A DNA stretch of 62,669 bases, the filler included, from Stramenopiles sp. TOSAG23-3 (taxonomy: Eukaryota): the NCBI GenBank assembly GCA_900128585.1. It is 8 parts of 8 records of this genome, joined end to end, with 100 filler letters (N's around TTAATTAATTAA, not from the genome) between each part and the next. Parts side by side here need not be neighbours in the genome. Positions count along the whole stretch, not along the records: positions 26,262 to 34,904 come from LT642997.1; positions 35,005 to 43,644 come from LT642998.1; positions 43,745 to 52,355 come from LT642999.1; 5 more parts are not named here. The stretch is one strand, 5' to 3'. Below the pieces are notes generated by a model that saw nothing but the letters and a program-made list of their open reading frames with translations, was not told the origin of the DNA and made no database searches. Position numbers and translations under genes: made by a program. This document shows positions 33,088 through 44,202 of the stretch, in pieces; position 1 is the stretch's first letter; every line of letters starts with the position of its first letter.

Positions 33088-34284
33088 TCAATACAGTTTC
33101 ATCGGGACCCATTCTGTCGCAGTCACGCTGAGCTTCTTTTTCAAACCACGGCTTTCCATATAGTTAGCCGAGAAGCCCCTAGTGCCGTCTGGGGCGCTTG
33201 CTATCCTCATCTTGTCATTGGCGACATTTCCTTTGTCTAGCCCAACTATGTCTAAAAGAAATCCCTTTTTCCTGTTCAACTTATATTTAGGCCTCACAGG
33301 GGTTTTGTTATTCGGTCGTTCTCCCAACAGTGCGGCAAGGGACCCCGCTCCCGACAAACGATTAGTCCGGCGACCACTTGAATCATGGTTCGCCACTGCA
33401 CCACCCTCCACAGCCAGCACGCGGTCTACTGCGGACCCTTTCTGGGGCGTTATCGAGACGAACCCAACGTTGTTTTTCCTTGCACTGATCGGGCTAACTT
33501 CTTTTCTCCTTTTCAACCCTTTTGATAGACCTATCACACGCATCCCACTCCTCCAGTTTGAATTGTTACCCAATTTATTTACAGCACTCTGCGCGGCCTC
33601 AAATTTGGTGTAGACGACTAGCGCAGAGGTATTGGGTTTAATCATGCCCTCGGGTTCAACGTCAACCGCCGCGCCAACCTCTTTACCAGTGGCACCATCG
33701 TCACCGCATCCTATTTTTGTTAACAGAATGTCATTGGGCTTACTCTTTGCCGTTTCAAATACACAAAAGTACTGGATTTCGCCGAACTGCAAAAATTTAT
33801 CCTTCATGCCTTGGACGGGCTGGTTTACACCGAGGCGGCTGGCAACAACGCAGTTTCTCTTTGCCAAGAACAAACGCCGACAGTACTTGTGGGGCTCCGC
33901 CCGCCGAATTTTGTTTCCTTTGTCATCGACTATAATCGCTTTTGATTTTTTGCGCAACGCTTTGGCAATACCCTTCATATTTTTTGATAGTCGTTTTAGT
34001 TTCTTAAACCCAGCAATGACCTTTAAGTCTACAAAACCATCAACGCTTTTCCCGATAAGTTCCATCATAAACTCGTCACTATCTAAATTATCGTCGCAAA
34101 AGTAGTACTCGACTTGGCGCACTATCTTGTCGACCGTAGACATATCCTTTTTCAATTTGACTATTTTGGAAGATGATTTCTTCCACTTTTTGAATACTTT
34201 TGCAAGTTCCACATCCTGGTGAAAAGCTCGTTTTTCTAATTCTGCCAGAAGCGCCGTAAGACTATCCACCTCTAAGTTCGACAT
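33088..34284 (-). CDS. LARP6: La-related protein 6 (La motif, RRM, LSA/SUZ-C motif, C-terminal PAM2)
   Basis: KIVRQVEYYFCDDNL...GFVDLKVIAGFKKLKRL (La motif), NWRSGMRV, APDGTRGF (LSA) and KLSVTATEWVP (PAM2-like). Confidence 0.88.
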   Translation of the reverse strand: MSNLEVDSLTALLAELEKRAFHQDVELAKVFKKWKKSSSKIVKLKKDMSTVDKIVRQVEYYFCDDNLDSDEFMMELIGKSVDGFVDLKVIAGFKKLKRLSKNMKGIAKALRKKSKAIIVDDKGNKIRRAEPHKYCRRLFLAKRNCVVASRLGVNQPVQGMKDKFLQFGEIQYFCVFETAKSKPNDILLTKIGCGDDGATGKEVGAAVDVEPEGMIKPNTSALVVYTKFEAAQSAVNKLGNNSNWRSGMRVIGLSKGLKRRKEVSPISARKNNVGFVSITPQKGSAVDRVLAVEGGAVANHDSSGRRTNRLSGAGSLAALLGERPNNKTPVRPKYKLNRKKGFLLDIVGLDKGNVANDKMRIASAPDGTRGFSANYMESRGLKKKLSVTATEWVPMKLY

Positions 34285-34904
34285 ACTGTATTCTTCGATC
34301 ACTTTGTTTGAGAGCGAGGTAAATTCTAGAATGCCTTTAAACCAACAACACGAAACAGGAAGTAGTTTTGCCGTTCTGTCAAAATATTGATGATCAATTG
34401 AATGGCTAATTTTACTATATGGTGAGTTTTGGGAAAGTGTAAATGTACGCTCGGCAGAGCCTCAAAGGTCGTTTGTGGTGGGTGGTGGTCGGTGGCGGTT
34501 GTTGTCGTAGTATTATATTATTATTATTATTTTATTTTTTTTTCGTCGTCTTCTCGTCTCTCCTCTCTCTTTTTCTGTGTACCAAGTACCAAGGTATTAA
34601 TACCGTACGGTACGTCTATTTATTATTATTATTACGAGTATATTTTAGCTATTTTATTTTATAAAACAACAGCAGAGAAGAGGACATCTCCTCTCATCCT
34701 CCCTCCTATAATTAATATTAGTCTAATATTTATATTATATACGAGGAGGCCAAACAACAACAACAACTCCAACAAAAAAAAAGAAGAGGAGAGAGAGGAG
34801 GAGAGAGCAGCCATCAGCGCAGCTTTGTTGTTTGTAATTTTTTATGTTGACATTTTTTTTGCCAAAAATTGGATAAGACCGTGATAAAAGAAAGAATGGC
34901 AGAA

Positions 34905-35004
34905 NNNNNNNNNNNNNNNNNNNNNNNNNNNNNNNNNNNNNNNNNNNNTTAATTAATTAANNNNNNNNNNNNNNNNNNNNNNNNNNNNNNNNNNNNNNNN
35001 NNNN
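34905..35004. other. Artificial contig spacer
   Basis: 44N-TTAATTAATTAA-44N. Confidence 0.98.
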
Positions 35005-35236
35005 CGCAAACAAACGGAGTCAAACCGAACTTTTACCTTTTTACGCAGAGCGACAGTTTCAGTGTGAGCGGACTATTTTTTGATACTCGAAATATGCTGG
35101 GACTCTCAGCAGGGTGCTGGAACAGTTAGTTGTTACTGTACTACATATCTATAGCTGAGTACATTCTTCGCCCTCGTGTTGATTTGGGCGTACTGATCTC
35201 CTGGACGTTTCTGCACACCATCGGATTGTAACTCCG

Positions 35237-36262
35237 ATGAGCGTTGAAAAGTATATTACAGCATCAAAACCGTCGCCCGACGATGAAGTCAAACGGTTGG
35301 GGGCGTTCGGCTACTTGCTGTGTGGGGGTATTGCCGGCTCGTCCTCGCGCTTGATCACGTCTCCGATCGATGTACTTAAATTGCATTATCAAACGCACGG
35401 TGGGGCTTTAACCAAGGGCACTTATTACCAAACAGTAGGGCCACTGTGCCGTGAAAAACTGAAACGTGGCGGAATTTTATCGTTTTGGGGAGGTTGCGGG
35501 ACGAGCATGGCACGGTTGTTTCCGTACTCTGGTATAAAATTTTACTGTTTTGAACACTCAAAAATTTGGCTGACGGACAACAACGGTGTCCGCTTTACGA
35601 GCGAGGGGAACAATTTAAACGGGGAATCCATAATTTATTTGTCCGCAGTGGGCGCGATTTCCGGAATCATTGCCATGGCGATTACTTACCCGCTTGATGT
35701 TGTTCGCACAAGAAAGGCCATAGAAGTCTTGCACATTGAAGCTTCAGAGGCTGCGCGCTGCGAGAAGACAGGGACCTCTCCGCCAAAGAAATTGCAACAC
35801 CATCGGTATCAATACCGGTCGATTTCAAGCAGCCTAGGTGTGATGTACAGAACGGAGGGATATCGTGGATTCTACAGAGGGCTTCTCCCATCGCTGCTCG
35901 GCGTGATCCCATGCGAAGGCGTTCGATTTATGGCGTTTGAAATGTTCAAAGACGTGCTTAAATTCAAAATGGGAATACAAGTCTTGTTACCATTCCACCA
36001 TTTTTGTGCGGGCTTAGCTGCAGGGATTTGCTCCATTTGGGTGTCCTACCCATTTGACGTGGTAAGGAAGCGGATGATGGTGGATCACATCAACGATAAT
36101 TACAACTACAAAAATAGCTTTACCCGCGCAATCAAAGGGATATGGGCAGAGGGTGGAAGGAAAGGCTTATGGCGTGGAATTCACTTCAATCGGATAAAAA
36201 CTCCTATATTCTCTGCAGTGTCGTTCACAGTATATGAACAAGTACGGCAGCGGTTGGTGTGA
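35237..36262 (+). CDS. Mitochondrial carrier family protein (SLC25; nucleotide/CoA-carrier-like)
   Basis: Three Px[DE]xx[KR] signatures (PIDVLK, PLDVVR, PFDVVR) and RLFPYSGIKF. Confidence 0.92.
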   Translation: MSVEKYITASKPSPDDEVKRLGAFGYLLCGGIAGSSSRLITSPIDVLKLHYQTHGGALTKGTYYQTVGPLCREKLKRGGILSFWGGCGTSMARLFPYSGIKFYCFEHSKIWLTDNNGVRFTSEGNNLNGESIIYLSAVGAISGIIAMAITYPLDVVRTRKAIEVLHIEASEAARCEKTGTSPPKKLQHHRYQYRSISSSLGVMYRTEGYRGFYRGLLPSLLGVIPCEGVRFMAFEMFKDVLKFKMGIQVLLPFHHFCAGLAAGICSIWVSYPFDVVRKRMMVDHINDNYNYKNSFTRAIKGIWAEGGRKGLWRGIHFNRIKTPIFSAVSFTVYEQVRQRLV

Positions 36263-36720
36263 ATTTTAGAACAAATTTATTTATTAATTACATTCATACC
36301 GGTAGTACGGTACGGAACGGGTACGGATAGACGCACCAGTACGGTACGGTACCACCGTGGAGGTAAAGTTTCTTTGATATCATATGATATGATATGCTTA
36401 GTCGTTTATAAAATCCTATTAATTAACTACACTTTCGTACCAATTATTATTAGAGTACGTAGTAGGAATCCCATGGACTCGACCCCTTCCAAACAAGAAA
36501 ATAATTGAAGGTTGCGAAGTAAATCAACTTAATGAAAAGTAATGAACAAATAAAAAAGTTCCCTCCTGGAGAAATAGGTCTACCTAAATGTGCTAAAAAT
36601 CAAAGTTGGGAAGGAGGCGACAAAAGTTGAAGTCTTAAAGGCATACTATATAATTTGTTTTTTTTAAGACAGACAACGAGCACCTTTAAAATATCGAAAA
36701 CCACACAAGGAATGATTCAT

Positions 36721-37524
36721 TTATAATGGAACTGAGGCCGGATGGTCCGGGTCTTGGTCCTTTTCCGTTTTTTTCTTCGCTCTGTTGGAACGAAGACTCG
36801 TTTTTGATTCACCACTTTCCTTCTCCTCCTCTTCTTCATCCTCTTCTTCTTCTTTTTTCTCCAGTTTCAGTTCATTCTTGGCTTCGGTTTGGACATTATC
36901 ATTCTCGCCGGAATCTTCCGATTTTTCCTCGGCCTCGCAATCGGGTTGAAGGTACTTTCTGCCGTTAACCTCCAAGGCAGGACGCATGATCTTCTTTTCT
37001 CCCTCTTCGCATTCGCAGCGGTCAAAAAAACTGCCTGCGCACGGTCGAAGCGGGATGCTCAACTTCTTTGCTACATCAAATGCCTCTGTGCCTTCCACAC
37101 CGCAGACGGGGTCTTTCCCGTCCGGAAACTTTTCGGTGTCTTTAGAGGGGAGAATAACTTGCGCGCCGTTGCAGAACGATTCATCTTCCGCGCAGAATTT
37201 CCACGCATTCTTCGACAATCGTTTTTCCTTCGGAAGGGCATCTGTTTCGCTCGGTTTCGTCCGACAAGACAACCCTTTGGGGATGCAACAAAGATAGGCT
37301 CCATAGTTTGGCATGCCCACGTTGCAGTATGCCTTCATTTCATTGTCTTCGCACTCACATGCCCACTCAGGGGTCAGCTTCTTTTGCAAGGTGCGTGCAT
37401 CCGAAGCACCTTGGGACAGCATGCTTGCGATGTTACGGGTTTTCTCGTTCTTTTCGCATCGTTCTCCAAAGGCCTGCCAACTCAGTGCCGTCACAACGGC
37501 ACTCCATAAAATTACACGTTTCAT
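36721..37524 (-). CDS. Secreted Cys-rich protein with acidic C-terminal tail, unknown function
   Basis: Signal peptide MKRVILWSAVVTALSWQAFG; multiple CxC/CC motifs. Confidence 0.75.
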   Translation of the reverse strand: MKRVILWSAVVTALSWQAFGERCEKNEKTRNIASMLSQGASDARTLQKKLTPEWACECEDNEMKAYCNVGMPNYGAYLCCIPKGLSCRTKPSETDALPKEKRLSKNAWKFCAEDESFCNGAQVILPSKDTEKFPDGKDPVCGVEGTEAFDVAKKLSIPLRPCAGSFFDRCECEEGEKKIMRPALEVNGRKYLQPDCEAEEKSEDSGENDNVQTEAKNELKLEKKEEEEDEEEEEKESGESKTSLRSNRAKKKTEKDQDPDHPASVPL

Positions 37525-38085
37525 CCTCGAAGTAAAAAAAATATAAAATGAAGAATAGAATACGTAAAAACGTAAAGATGCAAATTCAATCGAACCTTTC
37601 TTCATGCACACAACCAGAGAACCAATATTTCCTAAATCGTTACATTTCACATTCATTCTTCCATCTAAACGACTACCGCATTTGGTACCATTTTTTAAAA
37701 TTATAATAAGTGAGTGAAAATATTTAGTTCGTTAGTCTTCCTCTTCTTCCTCCCCCCCCCCCCCCCCCACCCCCCACAAGAGAGGCGAGAAAAAATAACA
37801 CCTCGATTCTTTTAGACTACAATAAGGTATAGTACAATTTATAAAACACTCGTATCAATTATTAGTATACAAAAAAACAGGAATTGTACATACATAAGTA
37901 CGAAATCTTAGAAATCAAAAGGGTGCCCAGCGCAGTGCAGGAGGTTTTAGTGATTCTTGAAGATTCCGGAGTAAGATATAAAAAGGTAAATTTAGACGGG
38001 GTAAGTTTAAAAAATATATTTTAAGAAAGTGTACGAAACCCACCAACGCAAATAATTCGCACCACCCCATCACTATAGACCGCCC

Positions 38086-38673
38086 TTAGTTCAAGCAGTA
38101 CAACGGGTTTACACGCAAACAGTAGTAGCAGGTCAAATGTTCAGGGCATGGCGACAACAATCGTTCCGCACCACCAACGTCTTGGTGGCAGATGTTGTGA
38201 ACGAAGGAAGGGCATTCCTCCAAATATTTCGAGTATCCTGAGCACATCTCTTTGAAGCTTGGCCCGACATTGTCGCAAAACCCTTTCTTTCCTTGGGATT
38301 CTACATCGGTGACAGAGCGCTTTGCCTTTATCATTGATTTGCATACGTCGCATTCCTCTTGCCCCGTGGCTACGGAGTATGCGGGCGCAGTGAATTTACC
38401 GCTGCCGAACCAATTGTGCGGCACTTTTTTGACCGAGGGCGAGGCGGCCGCGGCTTTGGTCTTGTCATCTTCCGCGGTTTCCATGAAGGAGACGCCGTCC
38501 ACGGGGGCAGGAATTCTGTCCGATGCCTTAATTCCAAGTTTCTTCAGGTGTGTGCTTTCTTTCTCCGGTGGGGGAAGAGGTTTGAACTCCCCAACCTTTG
38601 CAGACGAGTAGGCCTGTGTGTATTCGGCACTCGCAACTGCCGCAAATAACGCAACCAAAGCAAACGTACGCAT
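38086..38673 (-). CDS. Secreted protein with saposin-B-like Cys-rich C-terminal domain
   Basis: Signal peptide MRTFALVALFAAVASA; ECDVCKSMI...FCDNVGPSFKEMC spacing resembles SapB, followed by extra Cys residues. Confidence 0.75.
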   Translation of the reverse strand: MRTFALVALFAAVASAEYTQAYSSAKVGEFKPLPPPEKESTHLKKLGIKASDRIPAPVDGVSFMETAEDDKTKAAAASPSVKKVPHNWFGSGKFTAPAYSVATGQEECDVCKSMIKAKRSVTDVESQGKKGFCDNVGPSFKEMCSGYSKYLEECPSFVHNICHQDVGGAERLLSPCPEHLTCYYCLRVNPLYCLN

Positions 38674-39341
38674 ATTTTTTTGTTAAAAGCAGTTATTCGT
38701 TGTAAAACTAATTTGTCTTAAAAAATACTTCTATGGTCATTCGCATATCTGTGCATTTCTTCTTTTGTTCCATTTCGTACGAATGGATAATAATTTCCGT
38801 TCAAACAAACAGACAAAAACATATCAATCACACTTTCCTTTGTTAATATATAATTAATCATCGACTAAAACATAAAACATTCGTTTACAACATCTCATCT
38901 TAGGTGCTGCTCCCTGTTGTTAGTTAGTTAGAATAAAATTATGAAGCATTTAGTATCCCCCCTCTTTTTTTAAACCGAAAAAGAAGAATTTCATCAAACG
39001 AACACCTCAAATAATAATAGAATATTACATAATGGAGACAAGTATGTATAATATGATAATAGGATTCATTTGTTTAAATTGTGATCGGTTTAAAAAAGTA
39101 CATGACAGAAAATAAACGATAGTGAAAGTGATTTGTACTTTTATATTCATTGTGTCCTATTTAATTGTACTCTACTATTCTTCAACTACTTGAAGGAAAA
39201 AAAATCTATAAATATATAGACACAGCAAGTACATTAGTGCTGTACCATGTAATGCGTCGGGCGAGAAACACAGGGTCCTAGAAACTGGAAGGAAACCGTC
39301 CCCTGTCGCCGACTCGCAATGCGACATGTCAAAGCACATCT

Positions 39342-40127
39342 TTACAGCGTGTCTTGTTTGACAGCGGCTTCGGCTTGTATCTCCATCATCATCATCTGAA
39401 GCTTGTCTTGGTAGGCGTCTGCGGTCATCTTGTCCAGCAGTTCGTAAATGTTTTGGCTACGGAAATTCTTTGTTAGTCTCTCGTGGGTCAAGAGTCTCCA
39501 CCAACGCTCGCCGTATATCCCATTCCGCAAAGCCTGCTGCATTTTAAACGCTGGGAACAGCATGCATGGGTAACGCTTGTTGAAATCTTGGAACTCGTCA
39601 AAGCTGACGACCCCGTCCCCATTTATGTCGATGATATCGACCACGCGTTGCACGCGTATGTTGCTGTTCCACGCGTCGCCGTATACTTCCCGTATCAGCT
39701 CCTCCACTTCGTCGTGCTCCAGGGTCCCGCTGCCGTCGATGTCAAACAGACCGAAGGCAAACTTGACCAAAGACTTTAAATCGTATGTACAGTAATTCCA
39801 TATGCACAATACAAACTCTGAAAAGTCTATCTCCCCACTCCCGTCCTCGTCCATAAGCGCGAAGACTTTGTCGGCAAAAGGGGACGGCTCCAGCTTGAAA
39901 AAGCGGTAAAACTCTTCCAAATCAATCTCGTTCGAGTTGTCCCTGTCAATTTTCTTGAACACGGAATAGAACAAGTCAATGTGGTCCTTGTCCAGCTTCA
40001 GCTCTTGGAATAGTTTCGTCGCGAGCTCCCCCTGCCCTGGTATTTTGTCGTTGGGCACAAATGCCCTCGTTGGGTACACGCGCCCCTTGTACACGTCACT
40101 AACCTTCTTGGCCACTACTGCTCCCAT
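39342..40127 (-). CDS. Four-EF-hand calcium sensor (calcineurin B/NCS-like), probably N-myristoylated
   Basis: EF loops DRDNSNEIDLEE, DEDGSGEIDFSE, DIDGSGTLEHDE and DINGDGVVSFDE; MG start at 40127. Confidence 0.9.
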   Translation of the reverse strand: MGAVVAKKVSDVYKGRVYPTRAFVPNDKIPGQGELATKLFQELKLDKDHIDLFYSVFKKIDRDNSNEIDLEEFYRFFKLEPSPFADKVFALMDEDGSGEIDFSEFVLCIWNYCTYDLKSLVKFAFGLFDIDGSGTLEHDEVEELIREVYGDAWNSNIRVQRVVDIIDINGDGVVSFDEFQDFNKRYPCMLFPAFKMQQALRNGIYGERWWRLLTHERLTKNFRSQNIYELLDKMTADAYQDKLQMMMMEIQAEAAVKQDTL

Positions 40128-41195
40128 GATGTCCCATGCTTTTCCTATGTGCGCAAAAACAGCACGGCAGGGTGTTGAAATAATAAAGAAAAATAGGTCG
40201 TTGAAAGCAGCGGTTGTTTTCCGTATGGATAGCAAAAAAAATTCTGTCGACGTAAGTAATTATAAAAGAAACTAAAGAAAAATAAAATTTCCCGTTACTC
40301 GTATTAGTACGTCAGTTATCATTTACAACTATTTATTTAGTTAATATGTTATATGTTATTATTATTTATTATTATAATCTAAATATAGTCGTCTTCTATT
40401 AAAACATACGTTATTAAAAAAAGAAAGAAAGAAAGAAGGACAACAACAAGTCAAGAAGGGGGGGAAGAAGGAAGAAGGAAGAAGAGGTTTCAATCCTTCA
40501 TTCATTCCCAATAATTGTGAGTTTTTATTACTCTCATTGGGAAAAATTGAGGGTTATATATAGGGTTACATATTCGTATTCTAAAATATATATTTAAACA
40601 AAAAGAAGAAAGGTCGTTAAAATTACATACTTGTATATAATGTAGTATACAATAATGATTCCTATCCAATTGAACTTGATTCCTTTTTCTGTTATGAACT
40701 GATTGTAGACAATATTAATAAATTCATTTCATTGCTTGTGTAGATTTAAAAAAATGAATACAACACTATAACTATATATGTAAATACTACTTTATATAAA
40801 AATTTATTGAAATCTCTTAACAAAAAAAAATAATAAAAATATTATTATTTTATAAATAAATAAAAATAAAATGAAAGAAGAAGAGAAAGAAGAAGAGAAT
40901 AGAGTATATTATAATTCCAATAATAATACCATCCACCGTTAAAAAAAAAAGAAGGAAGAAGAAGAAAGGAGGATAAAATAATAATAATAATAAAAATAAT
41001 ATATAGAAGAGGAGTAGATAATTTAAAAAAAGAAACTCCTAATAATCAAAAGAAGAGAAAGGAATGGAGTTCAGTTGGAAAAGAAAAAAAAAGAAAGTTG
41101 GATGTGTAGATCAGTCGATGGACATTTTCACAGTTCTTGTTCGTTAGCATTTATTCTTTTTGTTTGTTTGTTCTTAGCAAAGTTTTACCTTCAGT

Positions 41196-41918
41196 ATGGA
41201 CGACGAGTCGTTGCAAAGCGTTTATTGTTGGGTGGACGAAATTCCGTTGACCCGGCCCAAGCGGAACATTTCTCGTGACTTTAGTGATGGCGTACTGATG
41301 GCCGAGATCGTAAATCATTACTTTCCGAGGATTGTTGAGCTTCATAATTACAGCCAGGCAAATTCGGTCCGGCAAAAGTTGTACAATTGGAACACCTTGA
41401 ACACCAAGGTCTTCAAGAAAATCGGCTATCAAATATCGCAAAAGGACGTGAACAACATTGTCAAGTGCCAGCCGGGTTCAATCGAGAAGTGCCTCTTCGA
41501 CACCAAGACGAAGTTGGAGATGGTAAAAGCGTCGGGGGGGCCGCCCAGGGAGGAACGGCCGAGCCGAAATCAACGGCAGGGGCGAAGAAAAGGGGAAGGA
41601 AGGCACCCAGCGCCAAGAGCGGCGGACAACGTTCGGGCGCCACGAGGAGAGCAAAGGGAGTCGAAGTATGACAATGGGGGCGGTCGCCCCGCGCAAGACC
41701 GGTCGCGCTTTAGTGGGCCGTGGCAGTCGTCCGTAGATTCCATGCATTCGCGCCCCGTCCATCAGGGCGTGGACGAAGATATATTGTTGGAAAAGGAAGA
41801 GACAATTCAGGAGCTCCGAGAAACCGTGGAAATACTCGAGCTAAAAGTGAAGAAGTTGGAGCAGTTAGTCAGGTTGAAGGACTCGAAGATTGCTGCGCTT
41901 CAATCAAATAGAGACTGA
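41196..41918 (+). CDS. SPEF1: Sperm flagellar protein 1 (CLAMP; CH domain plus C-terminal coiled coil)
   Basis: WVDEIPLTRPKRNISRDFSDGVLMAEIV...VELHNY...KLYNWNTLNTKVF and TIQELRETVEILELKVKKLEQLVRLKDSKI. Confidence 0.95.
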   Translation: MDDESLQSVYCWVDEIPLTRPKRNISRDFSDGVLMAEIVNHYFPRIVELHNYSQANSVRQKLYNWNTLNTKVFKKIGYQISQKDVNNIVKCQPGSIEKCLFDTKTKLEMVKASGGPPREERPSRNQRQGRRKGEGRHPAPRAADNVRAPRGEQRESKYDNGGGRPAQDRSRFSGPWQSSVDSMHSRPVHQGVDEDILLEKEETIQELRETVEILELKVKKLEQLVRLKDSKIAALQSNRD

Positions 41919-42246
41919 AGGCAACTGGCCAGAAGAAAGTGCGCCACAGAGAATTGTCGGCGACGAACAACTAGAAGGCCGTGCTGTGCGTCCAATTCCG
42001 TCACACGTTATTATGAACTACACACACCATTATGTCTACGTAAATATTTTACGAACTAAATATACGATTTTAAGAATACAAGGGATCACGTTACCTGATC
42101 TTCACTTTATATCTCCAGTACATTAATACTTAAAATAAAACAGCCAATTTTTCTTGTTTTTTTATCTCCAGTTTATCTTTTTCTAAACTTACGTATGATA
42201 CCTTAAGTAAACTTACCTGACGGCCCCCTCTCCTCGATCTAGTTAT

Positions 42247-43644
42247 TTACATGGAAAACGCCTTCTTCAGAAAGGCGGAGTCCTCGAATAAGCCGCTTGG
42301 TTCTTGGAAACAGAGCGCAACGTTTTTCTTTTTCCGCCCCCGCTCGATCGCTTGCTCAAACAGATCGTCGTAATTGGCCTCGGAAAAGTTCCGCAAATCG
42401 TACGGCTTCCGGTTAAATTTCTGGTTAAACGCCTTGGCCAAGGTGGAAATGGAAGGGTTGGGGTGCTTCTGCAACGCCTCAACCTCCCACAGCGAGCTGT
42501 CTAGGGCCCCGGTTTGCATCGGGTTCGTCTCGTTTGGTCTATAGGGGTCCACGGGACCTTCTCCATTTCCCGATCCTCCGCCACCCGCCTTTTTATCACG
42601 GTGAATCATCGCTATGCACACGGGGTGGCGCCGGAGGAGATTGAATATCAACGGCAGGGCGTACAGGGCCCCCGAGGGCGGTCCCGTCAACGCCAGCCTT
42701 GCCAAGCGCTTGGCGAAGGACGCCACCGTTTGCACGGGCAGCGCGGACGAGGTCATGAACAGCGACAGCTTGTTGAAGAAATGTGCCCTGTACTTGGCAT
42801 GAAAGAGTTCCGGTGACAGAATTGCAAACAGCTTCGTGTAGAAGCTTGGGTAGTCGAATTCGTACCGTGCTATTAAAATGTGCATACCCCCAAGGGCGAG
42901 CAACCCGGGCTCCCCCCCACGGTCGCACGACTTGGTAAGGAAATCGCTCAGCATCAGCGGGTTGACCAAATTTGGGATGATCTCTTTTTCCATGCGTTTC
43001 AGTGCCCCCTTGTACGATACGCCCGACAACGGCAAGCGGAGAAGCGACAGCCAGGCCTTGCTGAACATTTTTTTGTGAGAGTATGGAGACGCCCAGGGGG
43101 CTTTCTTTCCCGCAGGCTCGCGCTCGTCCTCGTCCTCGTCGCTGCTCTCGTCGCTGCTCTCCTCGGCGTCTTGGTCTTCCTGGGCAGAGGGTTTGAGCCC
43201 AGCCATTGAATCGATTAAAACATCGCCGGAAATTGGCATTGGAATCCTGGACAAAATGTTAAACGCGTTTTTTGAAACGATCAAGGGCGTGAATTCGTCC
43301 TCCTCGTCCTCCCCCGCCCCGGCGAGCGCGTCGTCCACTTGCCTCAGCGTTTCCGTTGCCACGGTGGCGATGTTCTTCAGCGCGTAGTAATGCACGTCCC
43401 CGTATTTTCGCGCAAAGTCTTGCAAGTACACGAGGGCCAGCTCGACCGTCATGTCCGGGCTCGTCAGGATGGCGCGGGTAACACGCGAGAAAAGGTCGTT
43501 GTCAAAGAAGCCCTTGCAGCGCCCAACCATGTCCATCAGTGCCCGAAAGGCTACAATTTGGAGCTGCACCTGACTTTTCGGCAGGGAGAGCCACTCGACC
43601 AGTACACTGTTGAACCCTTTCACCTGCTCCTTTAAATATGCTTT
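42247..43644 (-). CDS. NOC4: Nucleolar complex protein 4 (CBF/Mak21 family), 5'-truncated by contig end
   Basis: NPLMLSDFLT, DYPSFYTKLF, FHAKYRAHFF, VASFAKRLARLAL, FNLLRRHPVC and ALDSSLWE. Confidence 0.93.
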   Translation of the reverse strand, partial: KAYLKEQVKGFNSVLVEWLSLPKSQVQLQIVAFRALMDMVGRCKGFFDNDLFSRVTRAILTSPDMTVELALVYLQDFARKYGDVHYYALKNIATVATETLRQVDDALAGAGEDEEDEFTPLIVSKNAFNILSRIPMPISGDVLIDSMAGLKPSAQEDQDAEESSDESSDEDEDEREPAGKKAPWASPYSHKKMFSKAWLSLLRLPLSGVSYKGALKRMEKEIIPNLVNPLMLSDFLTKSCDRGGEPGLLALGGMHILIARYEFDYPSFYTKLFAILSPELFHAKYRAHFFNKLSLFMTSSALPVQTVASFAKRLARLALTGPPSGALYALPLIFNLLRRHPVCIAMIHRDKKAGGGGSGNGEGPVDPYRPNETNPMQTGALDSSLWEVEALQKHPNPSISTLAKAFNQKFNRKPYDLRNFSEANYDDLFEQAIERGRKKKNVALCFQEPSGLFEDSAFLKKAFSM

Positions 43645-43744
43645 NNNNNNNNNNNNNNNNNNNNNNNNNNNNNNNNNNNNNNNNNNNNTTAATTAATTAA
43701 NNNNNNNNNNNNNNNNNNNNNNNNNNNNNNNNNNNNNNNNNNNN
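43645..43744. other. Artificial contig spacer
   Basis: 44N-TTAATTAATTAA-44N; followed by (CTTT)n at 43745-43801. Confidence 0.98.
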
Positions 43745-43799
<55 letters not shown>

Positions 43800-44202
43800 T
43801 CATCTTCTTCTTCTTTTTATTATTATCCGCTATACTAAAAAAATTTAAAAAGGGTTGTTCCTGCTGTGATGTGATCTGATTTTGATGATGATTATTATTT
43901 TAATAATAATAAATTAATAAAAAAAAGTCCGCTCTTCTTGCTTCTCCTCCAAAAAAACGCTTCTTTGTATCTCACACTGCATGAAAATAAATTTTTAAAT
44001 TACGAACAGTTCTTGACAAAAAATAAAAACACATATATTTCAAGAATAATTTCAAGAGAATGGTTGTCCTTGTAGAACTTTTCCACTACTTGGTCGGGGA
44101 AAGATTTCAGCGCGCTCGTTAGTTTTTCTAGGATTGTGGGAGGGGATTTTTTAACTTGCGCTGTTCTCGTTCCCACTGCTTGGCCACGTTTCCGAGGTGA
44201 GC

